From NCBI GenBank assembly GCA_030390025.1, contig CM059431.1:154878001-154942000 (forward strand): a stretch of DNA of 64,000 nucleotides, written 5' to 3'. Source of the DNA: Squalus acanthias. Lineage: Eukaryota. Shown piece by piece: positions 52,250-64,000 of the stretch. The stretch's first letter is position 1; every line of letters begins with the position of its first letter. The translations under genes and the position numbers were made by a program. The notes under the pieces are model-generated. The model ran no database searches. It saw only the letters and a program-made list of their open reading frames with translations, and was not told where the DNA came from.

Positions 52250-55200
52250 GTTTACTGTTTCCTTCTTTAACTTTTCACTGTTTCCTGTTCCTGCTGTTCC
52301 CTATTTTTATGTTTAATGTTTCCAACTTTTCCTATTTCCTTTTTTTTTACTTTCTCTGATGTTTCCTCTTTCCTACATTTACTTTTTCCTATGTTTACCG
52401 TTTCCTACATTTCCTCTTTTTCCTTTTTTACTGTTTCCTATGTTCAACGTTATCTATGTTTAATATTTCCATTGTTTCCTTTTTCTTATGTTTTATTTTG
52501 CCAATACTTCCTATTTCGAATATTTACTTTTTCCTAAATTTCCTACTTTCTTTTCTGACTGTTTCCGACGACCAATATTTCCTATGATTAACGTTTCCAA
52601 TATTTCCTGTTTCTGATGTTTAATATTTCCCATGTTTCCCAATTCCTACGTTTTCAATGTTTCCGATTTTCTTTGTTTACTTTTTTCTATGTTTCCTCTT
52701 TTCTGTATTTCCTATATTTCCTATTTTCCTATGTTTAATGTTTCCTATGCTTAATGTTTCCTATGTTTAATGTGTCCTATGTTTACTTATTACTATGATT
52801 CCTGTTTCCGACGTTTACTATTTCCTATGTTTACTATTTCCTATGTTTACTATTTCCTATGTTTACTATTTCCTATGTTTACTATTTGCTTAATTATCTG
52901 TTTCCTATATTTCCGCTTTTCTTTTTTCACTATTTACTTTATTTCTTCTGTTTCCTGTTTCCTATTTTTCCTGTTTTCTTATGTTTCCTTCTCCTACGTT
53001 TACAGTTTCATATATTCACTTTTTCTAATTTTTACTGTTTACTATGGTCCAATATTTCTTATATTTCCATTTGCCTATGTTCACTTTACTGCTTTATATG
53101 TTTACAATTTCCTACTTTTAATCTTTCCACTGTTGCCTGTTCCCTATGTTTACTTTTTCTAAAATGTTGCATTTTTTCTATGTTTACTGTTTCCTATCTT
53201 TCCTGATTCCTATTTTCGATGTTTCCACTTTCCTTTGTTTACTGTTTCTTATGTTTTGTGTTTCCTATGTTTACTGTTCCCTATGTTATTGTTTCCTATG
53301 ATTCATGTTTCCTATGCTTACTGTTTCCGATAGTTTTTATTTCCTGTTTCCTACCTAATGTTTTCTCGATCATATTTTCCCTCTTTCATAAGTTCCATGT
53401 TTCCTATGTTTCGTGTTTGTTAGAGTTCCTTTCCCTTAGGATTCCTATTTCATGTTTGCTATGTTTTCCATATCCGATGGTTATTATTTCGTATATTTAG
53501 TATATCCCATGTTACCTGTTACCTATGTTTACTCTTTCCTCATCCCTAAATTTACTATGTCCTATTTTTACTGTTTCTTATGCTACCTATTTTCTATGTT
53601 TATTGTTTCTTATCATACAATCGTGGAAATTGACGCCACAGAAGGAGACGATGTTGTCTGTACCATTTCTCCTTTGTCTTCTTTTTACTGTTTCCGATGT
53701 TTCCTATTTCCTATGTTTACATTTGCTTTTTTTTCTGCTCCCTATGTTTACTGTCTCTCATTTTGCCTCTTTTGTATGTCCTGTTTCCTGTCGACTGTTT
53801 ACTCTATCATGTCTTTTCTTTATCATAAGTTCCATGTTTCCTATATTTCTTATAGTTCCTTTTCCCTAGGATTCCTGTTTCCTGTTTGCTATGTTTTTCA
53901 TATCCTATGCTTATTTCGTATATTTAATGTATCCTGTTTCCTGCTTCCTACTTTTACTATTTGCTATTCCCTAAATTTACTGTGTCCTATATTTACTGTT
54001 TCTTATGTTACCTATTTTCTATGCTTATTGTTTCTTATCATACAATAGTGGACATTTATGCCACAGAAGGAGACGATGTTGTCTGTACCTTTTCTCCTGT
54101 TTCTTCTTTTTATGGTTTACTAAGTTTACTGTTTCCTATATTTCCTCTTTCCTATGTTTACTGTCTCTCATTTTGCCTCTTTCCTATGTTTACTGTTTCC
54201 TATGTTACAGATTTCCTCTTTCCTGTACACTCCGTTTAATTATTCCAATGCTTCATGTTTCCTATGTCTCCTCTTAACGGTGTTTCCTCTTTGTTCTGTT
54301 TAGTGCTTTCCGTTTCCTTTGCTTCCTGTTTCCTGTATTTCATGTTTCATATATTTTCTGTTGACTATGTTTTCGATGTCCTATGTTTCCTATTTTCTTT
54401 GTTTTACTGTTTCCTATGTTTCCTCTTTCCTTTGTTTCAGTTTTATTACGTTTTCCGATTTCCTATGTTTATTGTTTCATATGTTTCTTTTTTCATATGT
54501 TTAATTATTCCAGAGATTACTGTTTCTTATGTTTCCTGTTTCTTGTTTCCTGCTTCTTATGTTTCCTTTTTATGTTTCCTGGTTGCTGTGTGTCCTGTTT
54601 CATATACAGTGGACTGTTGTATAGCAAATGTAATACGTATATATAAGAAGGGAGACAGAACATGTCCAGGAAACTATAGACCAGTCAGCTTAACATCGAT
54701 GGTAGGAATAACAATGGAATACTTAATAAAGGGGAAATAGGAGGACATCTAGTAACCAAAAAATATAATAATGCATAATCAGCATGGATTTCAAAAGGAG
54801 ACGTCTTGCTTAACCAACCTCATTGAATTTTTTGAAGAGTTAACAGAGAGCGTAGACAAGGTTAATGCAGTAGATATAATTTATGTAGATTTTCAAAAAG
54901 TCCTTCGACAAGGTACCACTTAATGGAATAATGAATAAGGTCAGAGAATGCGGACTCAGGGGACATGAAGCATAATAGCTGTCTCGCTGGCTCCAAGACA
55001 GAAAGCAGAGTGTAGGGGGAAAGAGTAGCAATTCAAAGTGGTAGAAGGTGGAAATACCAGTTCCACAAGGATCAGCGTTGGAACAAATGTTGTTCACAAT
55101 TCATATAACGGTTTATTCTTTGGAATCAAAAAAGCAATTTCTAATTTTGCGGATGATATCAAATAGGGGGGAAGGGGGTTAGTCAAACAGAGGAGGTCTG

Positions 55201-57457
55201 CTAAAATTACAGGAATAATGGTCAGATAATTGGCAAATAAATCTCAACACAGATAAATGTGAGGTGTTACATTTAGTCACGAAGAATAAGGAGGTCACAT
55301 ATTGGACGATAGGAATCTGTTTGGTGTAGAGGAATGAAGGGATCTCGGAATGCACAAATCACTAAAAGTAGCAATACAGGTTAACAAGGCCAGAAAAAAA
55401 GACAAGCACTAGGGTTTATTTCTAGAGGAATAGAATTGAAAAGTAGTGAAGCTTTGCTAAACTTTTATCGAACGTTGGTTAGACCACACTTAGAACACTG
55501 CATACATTTCTGGTCGCCTTATTAAATAAAGAATATAAAGGCACTGGAGATGGTGCAGAGAAGAATTACAAGGATGATACCAGAAATGCGAGGGTATACA
55601 TATCAGGATTGGATGAAAAGAGGGGGCTGAAGGGTGACCTAATAGAGGTTTTTAAAATTATGAAAGGTTTTGATGGAGTAGATTCAGAGAGAATTATTTC
55701 CACTTGTGTGGAACTAGAGGCCATTTATATAAGATAGCCACCAGAAATCAAGAAGGAAATTAATAAGAAACTTTGTACCCAAAGAGTGATGAGATTGTGG
55801 AAATCGGTACCGCAGGGTGTGGTTGAAGCGAATAGTATAGATGCATTTCAGGGGTGTTTAGATGAGCATATGAGGGAGAAGGGAATAAAGGGTTATGCTG
55901 ATAGAGTGAGCTGAGGAAAGAAGGGAGGAGGCTCGAGTGGAGCATAAACGCTGCCATTGACTGGGTGAGACGAATGCCCTGATTCTGTGCTGTATATCCA
56001 TTGCAATCCTATGTAATATTTTTTATGTTACTTATATTTACAGTTTCCAATGTTCACTCTTCCATATGCTTCTTATGTTTCCTCTTTCGAATGTTTAATG
56101 TATCTTATCTTTCCTATTTCCTATATTTACTATTTCTTCTGGTTCCTGTGTCTTATGTTTCCTGTTTCTTATGTTTCATGTTTCCTATATTTACAGTTTC
56201 CCATGCGTCCTGTTTTCTTCGTTTACTGTTTCCTGTGTTTACTTTGTTTCCTGTTTCCTATGTTTAATATATTCTTATGTTTACTGTTAACTACGTTTCC
56301 TGTGTCTTATATTTCGTGTTTTCTGTGGTTGTATCTTTTTATTGTTTCTTTTGTTTCCCGTTTCCAATGTTGACTGTTGCCTACATTTCCTACAGTTTCC
56401 TATCTTCACTGTTTCTTATATTAACTGTTCACGGTGGTCCATGTTTCTTATATTTCCATTTGACGATGTTTCCTTTTCCGATATTTACTGTTTCCTATAT
56501 TTATTATTTCATATGTTTCATGTTTGCTATTTTAACTGTTCCTTACATTTATTCTTATGTATGTTGCCTGTTCCCTATGTTTACTGATTCCTTTGTTGCA
56601 TGTTTCCTATATTTATTTTTTTCCATTTTTCCTATGTTTTCTGTTTCTTATGTTTACTTTTTGCTATGATTAATATTGCCTGTGTTTACTGCTTCCTATA
56701 TTTACAGTTTCCTATGTTTATTGTTTCCTACGTTCACTGTTTCCTAATTCTGATGTTTCCTATGTTTCCTGCTTCCTATGTAAACTGTTTCTGATGTTTC
56801 CTGTTGCCAATGTTTAATCTTTGCTATGTTTAGTGTTTCTCATGCTTACTGTTCCCTAATTTTACTATCTCTGAAGTTGCCTGTTTCCTATATTAGATAT
56901 TCCTTATTTTCACTGTTTCACTTGGTTCCTATTTTCAATTTATATTTTTTCATTTATTTCTTGTTGTATATCTTTCATGCTACGCATGTTTCTTCTTCCC
57001 TATGTTTAAGATTTCCTATATTTCCTGTTTCCTATGTTTATTGTTTCCTACGTTCAATCTTTCCTAATTCTGATGTTTCCTATGTTTCCTGCTTCCTATG
57101 TAAATTGTTTCTGATGTTTCCTGTTGCCAATGTTTAATGTTTGCTGTGTTTAGTGTCTCTCATGTTTACTGTTCCCTAATTTTACTATCTCCGATGTTGC
57201 CTGTTTCCTATATTACATGTTCCTTATGTTCACTGCTTCACTTGGTTCCTATTTTCAATATTTATTTTTCCATTTATTTCTTGTTGCATATATTTCATGC
57301 TACGCATGTTTCTTCTTCCCTATGTTTAATATTTCCTATATTTCCTGTTTCTAATGTTTAATTTTTCCTACGTTAACTGTTTCAATTGTTAACACATTCC
57401 TGTATTTTATGTTTCCTATACTTCCTGTTTCATTTGTTTCTTGTTTCCAATGTTTAC
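52250..57457 (+). repeat. degenerate T-rich array (TTTCCTATGTTTACTG-like) with higher-order duplications
   Basis: Recurrent tttcctatg / tttactg units; ~425-bp and ~311-bp tandem duplications. Confidence 0.85.
54607..56010 (+). mobile_element. old CR1 3' half within the array
   Basis: [18 protein letters not shown] followed by degenerate RT and 3' UTR. Confidence 0.8.
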
Positions 57458-60352
57458 TGCGAGAAGCATCAGGAACAAGGTAGATGAATTAGCTGTGGAA
57501 ATAGAGGATAATAATTATGATCTAATTGGGATTACGGAAACATGGTTGCAGGGTGAGCAGGGCTGGGAGCTTAACATACAGGGGTATTCAGTATTTAGGA
57601 AGGATCGACAAAAAAGAAAGGGAGGAGGGGTAGCATTGCTGGTAAAAGAAGGGATAAATGCAATTGAAAGGAAGGATATTAACTCAGTTAATACAGAATC
57701 TATATGGGTGGAGCTAAGAAATAGCGAGGGGCGAAAAACATTAATAGGAGTGGTATATAGGCCTCCAAATAGTAAAATAGAGGTTGGGGAGGGCATCACG
57801 AGGGAAATTAGAGAAGCGTGCAATAAGAGCACAGCTGTCATCATAGGTGACTTTAACTTACATATAGATTGGAATAGCCTAATCAGTAAAAATAATGATG
57901 AGGAGGAATTCCTTGAGTGTTTAAGGGATGGTTATCTGGATCAATATATCGAGGAACCAACTCGGGAACAGGCTATATTGGACTGGGTACTGTGCAATGA
58001 GAAGGGACTAATTAGTAATCTTGTTGTACGGGGACCCTTGGGTCAGAGCGATCATAACATGATCGATTTCTCACTCGAAATGGAGAGCGAAGAAATTGAC
58101 TCAGATACTAAGGTCCTGAATTTAAACAAGGGGAATTATGATGCCATTAGACGGGAACTGAGTAGGTCTGATTGGACAACGTTCCTGGGAGGACTGGAGG
58201 TAGATAAACAATGGCAAGCATTTAAAGATAGAATGACAAAATTGCAAAAATTGTTTATACCAATCTGGCATAAAAGGAAATCTAAAAAGGTGACCCAACC
58301 GTGGATAACAGGGGAAATTAGAGACAGCATAAAATCCAAAGATAGGGCGTATAAAATAGCCAAAAAAAGCGCCAGAGCGGAAGATTGGGAACAGTTTAAG
58401 ATAGAGCAAAGGAGGACAAAGGGCTTAATCAAGAGGGGCAAAATAGCTTACGAAAGCAAGCTGGCGGAAAATTTAAAAACTAACTACAAAAGCTTTTATA
58501 AGTATATCAAGAGGAAAAGACTGGTGAAAACCAAAGTTGGCCCATTGCAGTCAGATACGGGGGAATATATAACGGGAAATAAGGAAATGGCAGACCAACT
58601 AAATGCATACTTTGGGTCAGTCTTTACGAAGGAAGACACAAAAAACCTCCCTGGGATATCGGGAAAAATAGGGACATTTGCAAAGGAGGAACTGACGCAA
58701 ATCAATATCTCTAAGGATATGGTGTTAAGGAAGCTAAAGGGATTGAAGGCGGACAAATCCCCAGGGCCTGATAACATGCATCCTAGGGTGCTGAAGGAGG
58801 TGGCCCTAGAGATAGCGGATGCACTAAGTATGATTTTTCAGAATTCATTAGACTCGGGAACAGTGCCCATGGATTGGAGGGTAGCTAACGTTACCCCACT
58901 ATTCAAAAAGGGGGGTAGGGAAAAAGCAGGTAATTACAGACCTGTAAGCCTTACATCAGTTGTGGGCAAAATGCTGGAGTCCATCATTAAGGATGAAATA
59001 GCGGAGCACTTAGCAAATGGGGACAGGATAGGACAGAGTCAACATGGATTTACAAAGGGTAAATCGTGCTTGACTAATCTATTGGAATTTTTTGAGGGAG
59101 TAACTGGTAAAATAGATGGGGGAGAGCCAGTAGATGTGGTGTACCTGGACTTCCAAAAGGCCTTCGAAAAGGTCCCACATAAAAGATTAGCAGGGAAAAT
59201 TGAAGCTCATGGGATAAAGGGGAAAGTATTGACGTGGATAGAGAACTGGCTGTCAGATAGAAAACAGAGAGTTGGAATAAACGGCTCATTTTCTGAATGG
59301 CAGGCAGTAACAAGTGGGGTACCACAGGGATCTGTCCTGGGTCCCCAGCTGTTCACAATTTACATTAATGACCTGGATCAGGGAGTCGGATGCAGCATTT
59401 CCAAATTTGCAGACGACACTAAACTAGGAGGGGGGGGGGGGGGTGGGCTCAGAGGAGGAGACCAGGAAGCTCCAGAGCGATTTGGACAGACTGGGTGATT
59501 GGGCGGATAAATGGCAGATGCACTATAATGTGGACAAGTGCGAAGTTATCCACCTTGGGTGCAGGAACGGGAGGGCAAATTATTATTTAAATGGCAATAA
59601 ATTGGGAGAGGGGGAAGTACAGAGAGACCTGGGTGTTCTTGTACACCAGTCACTGAAGGCGAGCATGCAGGTGCAACAGGCAGTCAAGAAGGCAAACGGT
59701 ATGCTGGCCTTCATAGCAAAAGGGTTGGAATACAGGAACAGGGATACCTTGCTGCAGCTGTACAGGGCACTGGTGAGACCACACCTCGAGTACTGTGTAC
59801 AGTTTTGGTCGCCTCATCTGAGGAAAGATGTTCTTGCCATGGAGGGGGTGCAGCGGCGATTCACCAGGCTGATACCAGGAATGGCGGGATTAACCTATGA
59901 GCAGAGACTATGTAGTTTAGGGATGTACACACTGGAGTTTAGAAGATTGAGAGGGGACCTCATGGAAGTATATAAAATTCTGACAGGTCTAGACAGGCTA
60001 GATGCAGAAGGAATGTTTCCCTTGGCGGGTGAGAACAGAACTAGAGGACATAATTTAAGGATAAGGGCTAAACCATTTAGGACAGAAATGAGGGGGAATT
60101 TCTTCACTCAGAGGGTGGTGAACCTGTGGAACTCATTGCCACAGAGGGCAGTGTACGCCAGCTCATTAAATATATTTAAGAGGGAATTAGATATATTTCT
60201 ACAGGCAAAAGGGGTTAAGGGTTACGGAGAGAAGGCGGGGACGGGATACTGAATTGGAGGATCAGCCATGATCTCATTAAATGGCGGAGCAGGCTCGAAG
60301 GGCCGGATGGCCTACTCCTGCTCCTATCTTCTATGTATCTATGTATCTATGT
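57458..60352 (+). mobile_element. young 5'-truncated CR1 LINE with nearly intact ORF2
   Basis: ORFs 57441-59498 and 59443-60252; single frameshift in the G14 run at 59430-59443; (TCTATGTA)n tail. Confidence 0.95.
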
Positions 60353-60363
60353 TCCATTAGAAC

Positions 60364-63300
60364 GGTAGCATAGTGGTAATGTCACTGGTACCAGTAATCC
60401 AGCAGGACTGAGCTAATGATCCGGTAAACGTGGGTTCAAATTCCACCACGGAAGCAGGGGAATTTAAATTCAGTGTTAATTAAATAAATCTGTAATAAAA
60501 AGTTAGCATAAGTTAATGGTAACCATGAAACTATCAGATTGTCGTAAAAACCCATCTCCTTCAATAATGTCCTTTCGGGAAGGAAATCTGCCGTCCTTAC
60601 CTGGTCTGATCTATATATGTCTCCAGACCCACATAACTGTGGTTGTTTCTTAACTACGCTCTGAAATGGTCTATCAAGCCACTCAGTTGTAAAAAAACCC
60701 GCTACGAAACACAATAATAAGAATTAAACCGGACGGAACACACGGCATCGAACTCGGCACTGGCTTGGACACGGCAACGGCACACCAGGCGACCCTGCAA
60801 AGTCTTCCTCACCATCATCTGGGGCTTGTGCCAAAATTGGGAGAGTTGTGCCACAGACTAGGCAAGCAACAGCCTGACATAGTATTACTCACAGAATTAT
60901 AAATTTCAGCCAATGTCCCAAACTCTTCCATCACAATCCTAAGATATGCCCTGCCCCAGCGGCAGGACAAACCCACCAGGGGTGGTGGCACAGTGGTATA
61001 CAATCGGGAAGGAGTGGCCCTGGGAGTCCTCGACATTCACTCTGGACCCCATGAAGACTCATGGCTTCAGGTCAAGCACGGGCAAGGAAACCTCCTGCTG
61101 CTTACCACCTACCGCCCTTCCTCAGCTGTTGAATAAGTACTCCTCCACGTTGAGCACCACTTGGAAGAAGCAATGAGAGAAGCAAGGGCACAGAATGTAT
61201 TAACGTCCATCACCAAGAGTGGCTCGGCAGCACCAATGCTGGCCGAGTCCTGAAGTGCTCAGCTGCCAGTCTGGGCCAGCGACAGGTGGTGAGCGAACCA
61301 ACACGATGGAAAAACCTACTTGACCTCGGCCTCACCTATCGACCTGTCAGAGATGCATCTATCCATGACAGCATTGGTAGCAGTGACCGCCGCACAATCA
61401 TTCTGGAGACGAAGTCCCGTCTTCACACTGAGGACACACTCCATCGTGTTGTGTGGCACTACCACCGTGCTAAATGGGATAGCTACAGATCTAGCAGCTC
61501 AAACTTGGGCATCCATGAGGCGCTGTGGGCCATCAGCAGCAGCAGAATTGTATTCCACCACAATCTGTAACCTCATGGCCAGGCATATCCCTCACTCTAC
61601 CATTACCAATAAGCCAGGGGACCAACACTGTTTCAATAAGTAGTGTAGAAGAGAATGCCAAGAGCAGCAACAGGCGTACCTAAAAATGAGGTGCAAACGT
61701 GGGGAAGCTGCAACACAGGACTACATGCCTGTGAAAAAGGTGAAGAAGCATGCTTTAGACAAACGTAAGCGATCCCACAATCAACGGATCAGATCAAAGC
61801 TCTGCAGTCCAACCATATCCGGTCGTGGACCACGAAGTAACTATCGGGTGGAGGAGGCTCCATGAATATCCCCATCCTCAATGACGGTGGAGCCCAGCAC
61901 GTGACTGTACAAGATAAGGCTGAAGCGTTCGCAATCATCTTCAGCCAGAAGTGCCGAGTGGGTGATCCATATCGGCCTACTCCTGAGGTCCCTACCATCA
62001 CAGAAGCCAGTTTCCAGCCAATTCGATTCAGTCCACATGATATCAAAAAAAGGCTTAGCGCACTGGATACAACAAAGACTATGGGCCCCGAAAACAGCCC
62101 GGCTATCGTGCTGCAGAATTGGCCGCAACTCTAGTCAAGCTGTTCCAATGCAGCTACAACACTGGCATCTATCCGACAATTTGGAAAACTATCCAGGAAT
62201 GTCCTGTCCGCAAAAAGCAGGACAAATCCATACCGGCCAATTGACGCCCCATCGGTCTACTGTCAATCATCAGCAAAGTGATGGAAGGTTTCATCGACAG
62301 TGCTATCAAGCGGCACTTACTCACCAATAACCTGCTCACTGATGCCCAGTGTGGGTTCCAACAAGATCACTCGGATCCCGACCTCATTACAGCCTTGTTC
62401 CAAACATGGACAAACGAGCTGAATTCCAGAGGTGAAGTGAGAGTAACTGCCCTTGACATCAAGGCTGCATTTGACTGGATGTGGCATCAAGGTCCCCTAG
62501 TAAAATTTCAGTCAATGGGAATCGGAGGGAAAACTCTCCACTGGCTGGAGTCATACCTAGCACAAAGGCAGATGGTTGTGGTGCTTGAAGTTCAATCATC
62601 ACAAGCCCCAGGACATCGCTGCAGGTGTTCCTCAGGGAAGGTCCGAGGCACAACCATCTTCAGCTGCTTCATCAATGACATTTGCTCCAACCTAAGAGCA
62701 GAAATGGGGCTGTTAGCTGATGTCTGCACAGTGTACAGCGCCATTCACAACTCCTCTGATAAGGCAGCAGTTCATGCCCGCATGCAACATGACTTGGACG
62801 ACGTTCAGGTTTGGGCTGATCAGTGGCAGGTAACATTCGCGCCATAGAAGTGCCAGGCAATGACTATCTCCAAATTGCGAGAGTGTAACCACCAACCCTT
62901 GACTTTCAACGGCATTACCATCGCTGAATCCCCAATCATCACCATTGACCAGAAACTTAACTGGACTAGCCACATGAATACTTTACCAACAAGCGCAGGT
63001 CAGAGGCTAGGTATTCTGCGGCGAATTTCTCACCTCCTGATTAACCAAAGCCTTTCCAACATCTACAATGCGCAAGTAGAGGAGTGTGATGTAATACTCT
63101 CCTCTTCCTTGGGTGAGTGCAGCTCCAACAACACTCAAGAAGCTCGACACCATCCAGGACAAAGCAGCCCGTTTGATTGGCACCCCATCCAGCATCTTAA
63201 ACAATCACTCCCTCCACCACCGGCGTACCGTGGCTGCAATGTGTATCATCTATGAGATGCACAGCAACAGCTCGCCAAGGCTTCTTTGGCATCACCTCCC

Positions 63301-63606
63301 AAACCCGCGACCTCTTCCAAGTAGAAGGACAAGGGCAGCAGGCGCATGGGAACACCACCACCTCCAAGTTCCCCTCCAAGTCACACATCATCCAAACTTA
63401 GAAGTATATCGCCGATCCCTCATCGTCGCTGGGACAAAATCCTGGAACTCCCTACCTAACAGCAGTGTGGGAGTACTTTCACCACACAGAGTGCAGCGGT
63501 TCAAGAAGGCGGCTCACCTCCACCTTCTCAAGGGCAATTATAGATGGGCAATAAATGCTGGCCTTGCCAGCGACGCCCACATCGCATAATCGAATATAAA
63601 AAAAAA
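60364..63606 (+). mobile_element. full-length decayed tRNA/Deu-headed LINE lacking ORF1 (APE + RT, CR1-group)
   Basis: A-box 60366-60376, B-box 60433-60444, Deu-like body 60520-60690, APE from ~60800 (QQPDIVLLTE), RT 62278-62847, A-rich end. Confidence 0.88.
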
Positions 63607-64000
63607 GTGTTTACATTTTCCTACGTTTAACGTTCCCTATATTTGTTGTTTCCTCTGTTTATTTTCCCGATATTTAAAGTTACTGCTTTTACTGTTTCTT
63701 CTGTTTCTCCTTACCTATGCTTCGTGTTTCTTTTGTTTCCTCTTTCCTATGTTTATTGTTTCCTTTGTTTACTATTTCTTATGTTTCGTGTTACCTAAGT
63801 TTTCTGCATCTGATATTTGGAGTTTGTTATGCTTCCTATTTCCCAGGTTTACTTTTTCCAATCTTTTATATTCCCTATGGTTAGGTCTCACTTGTTTACT
63901 GTTTCCTCTGTTTCCCGCTCCCTCTGTTTACTGTTTCCTATGATTAGTTTTTCTTATATTTACTGTTTCTTATATTTGCTGTTTCTTATGTTTACTGATT
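63607..64000 (+). repeat. degenerate T-rich array, continuation
   Basis: Same motifs as 52250-57457. Confidence 0.8.

Noticed and set aside
52316..57361. Many hydrophobic F/L/Y/C-rich ORFs
   Set aside because: Artefacts of the T-rich low-complexity array, open in several frames

Overview
Repeat-dense vertebrate genomic DNA, most likely a shark or ray, given HE1-like V-SINEs, SacSINE1-like Deu-SINEs, abundant CR1 LINEs and a shark-type NLR. The one host gene is a + strand CARD-like/NACHT/LRR NLR (4627-17817). It is disabled by a frameshift, a Penelope insertion in the NACHT exon (10-bp TSD) and a GT>TT donor mutation. The rest is nested CR1 LINEs, Penelope remnants carrying minimal hammerhead ribozymes, MITEs, a decayed CsRn1-clade Gypsy element, a 1.45-kb solo LTR and a T-rich degenerate array. 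The most notable feature is a multi-copy LINE with no ORF1, whose APE-RT region sits directly behind a tRNA-derived Pol III head and a Deu-like domain. The complete copy (60364-63606) has no TTTT run on its sense strand. A 430-bp SINE in the same window equals its first ~330 nt plus last ~100 nt. This suggests a Pol III-transcribed protein-coding LINE and its internally deleted SINE partner. Coordinates were read by eye, and no database searches were run.
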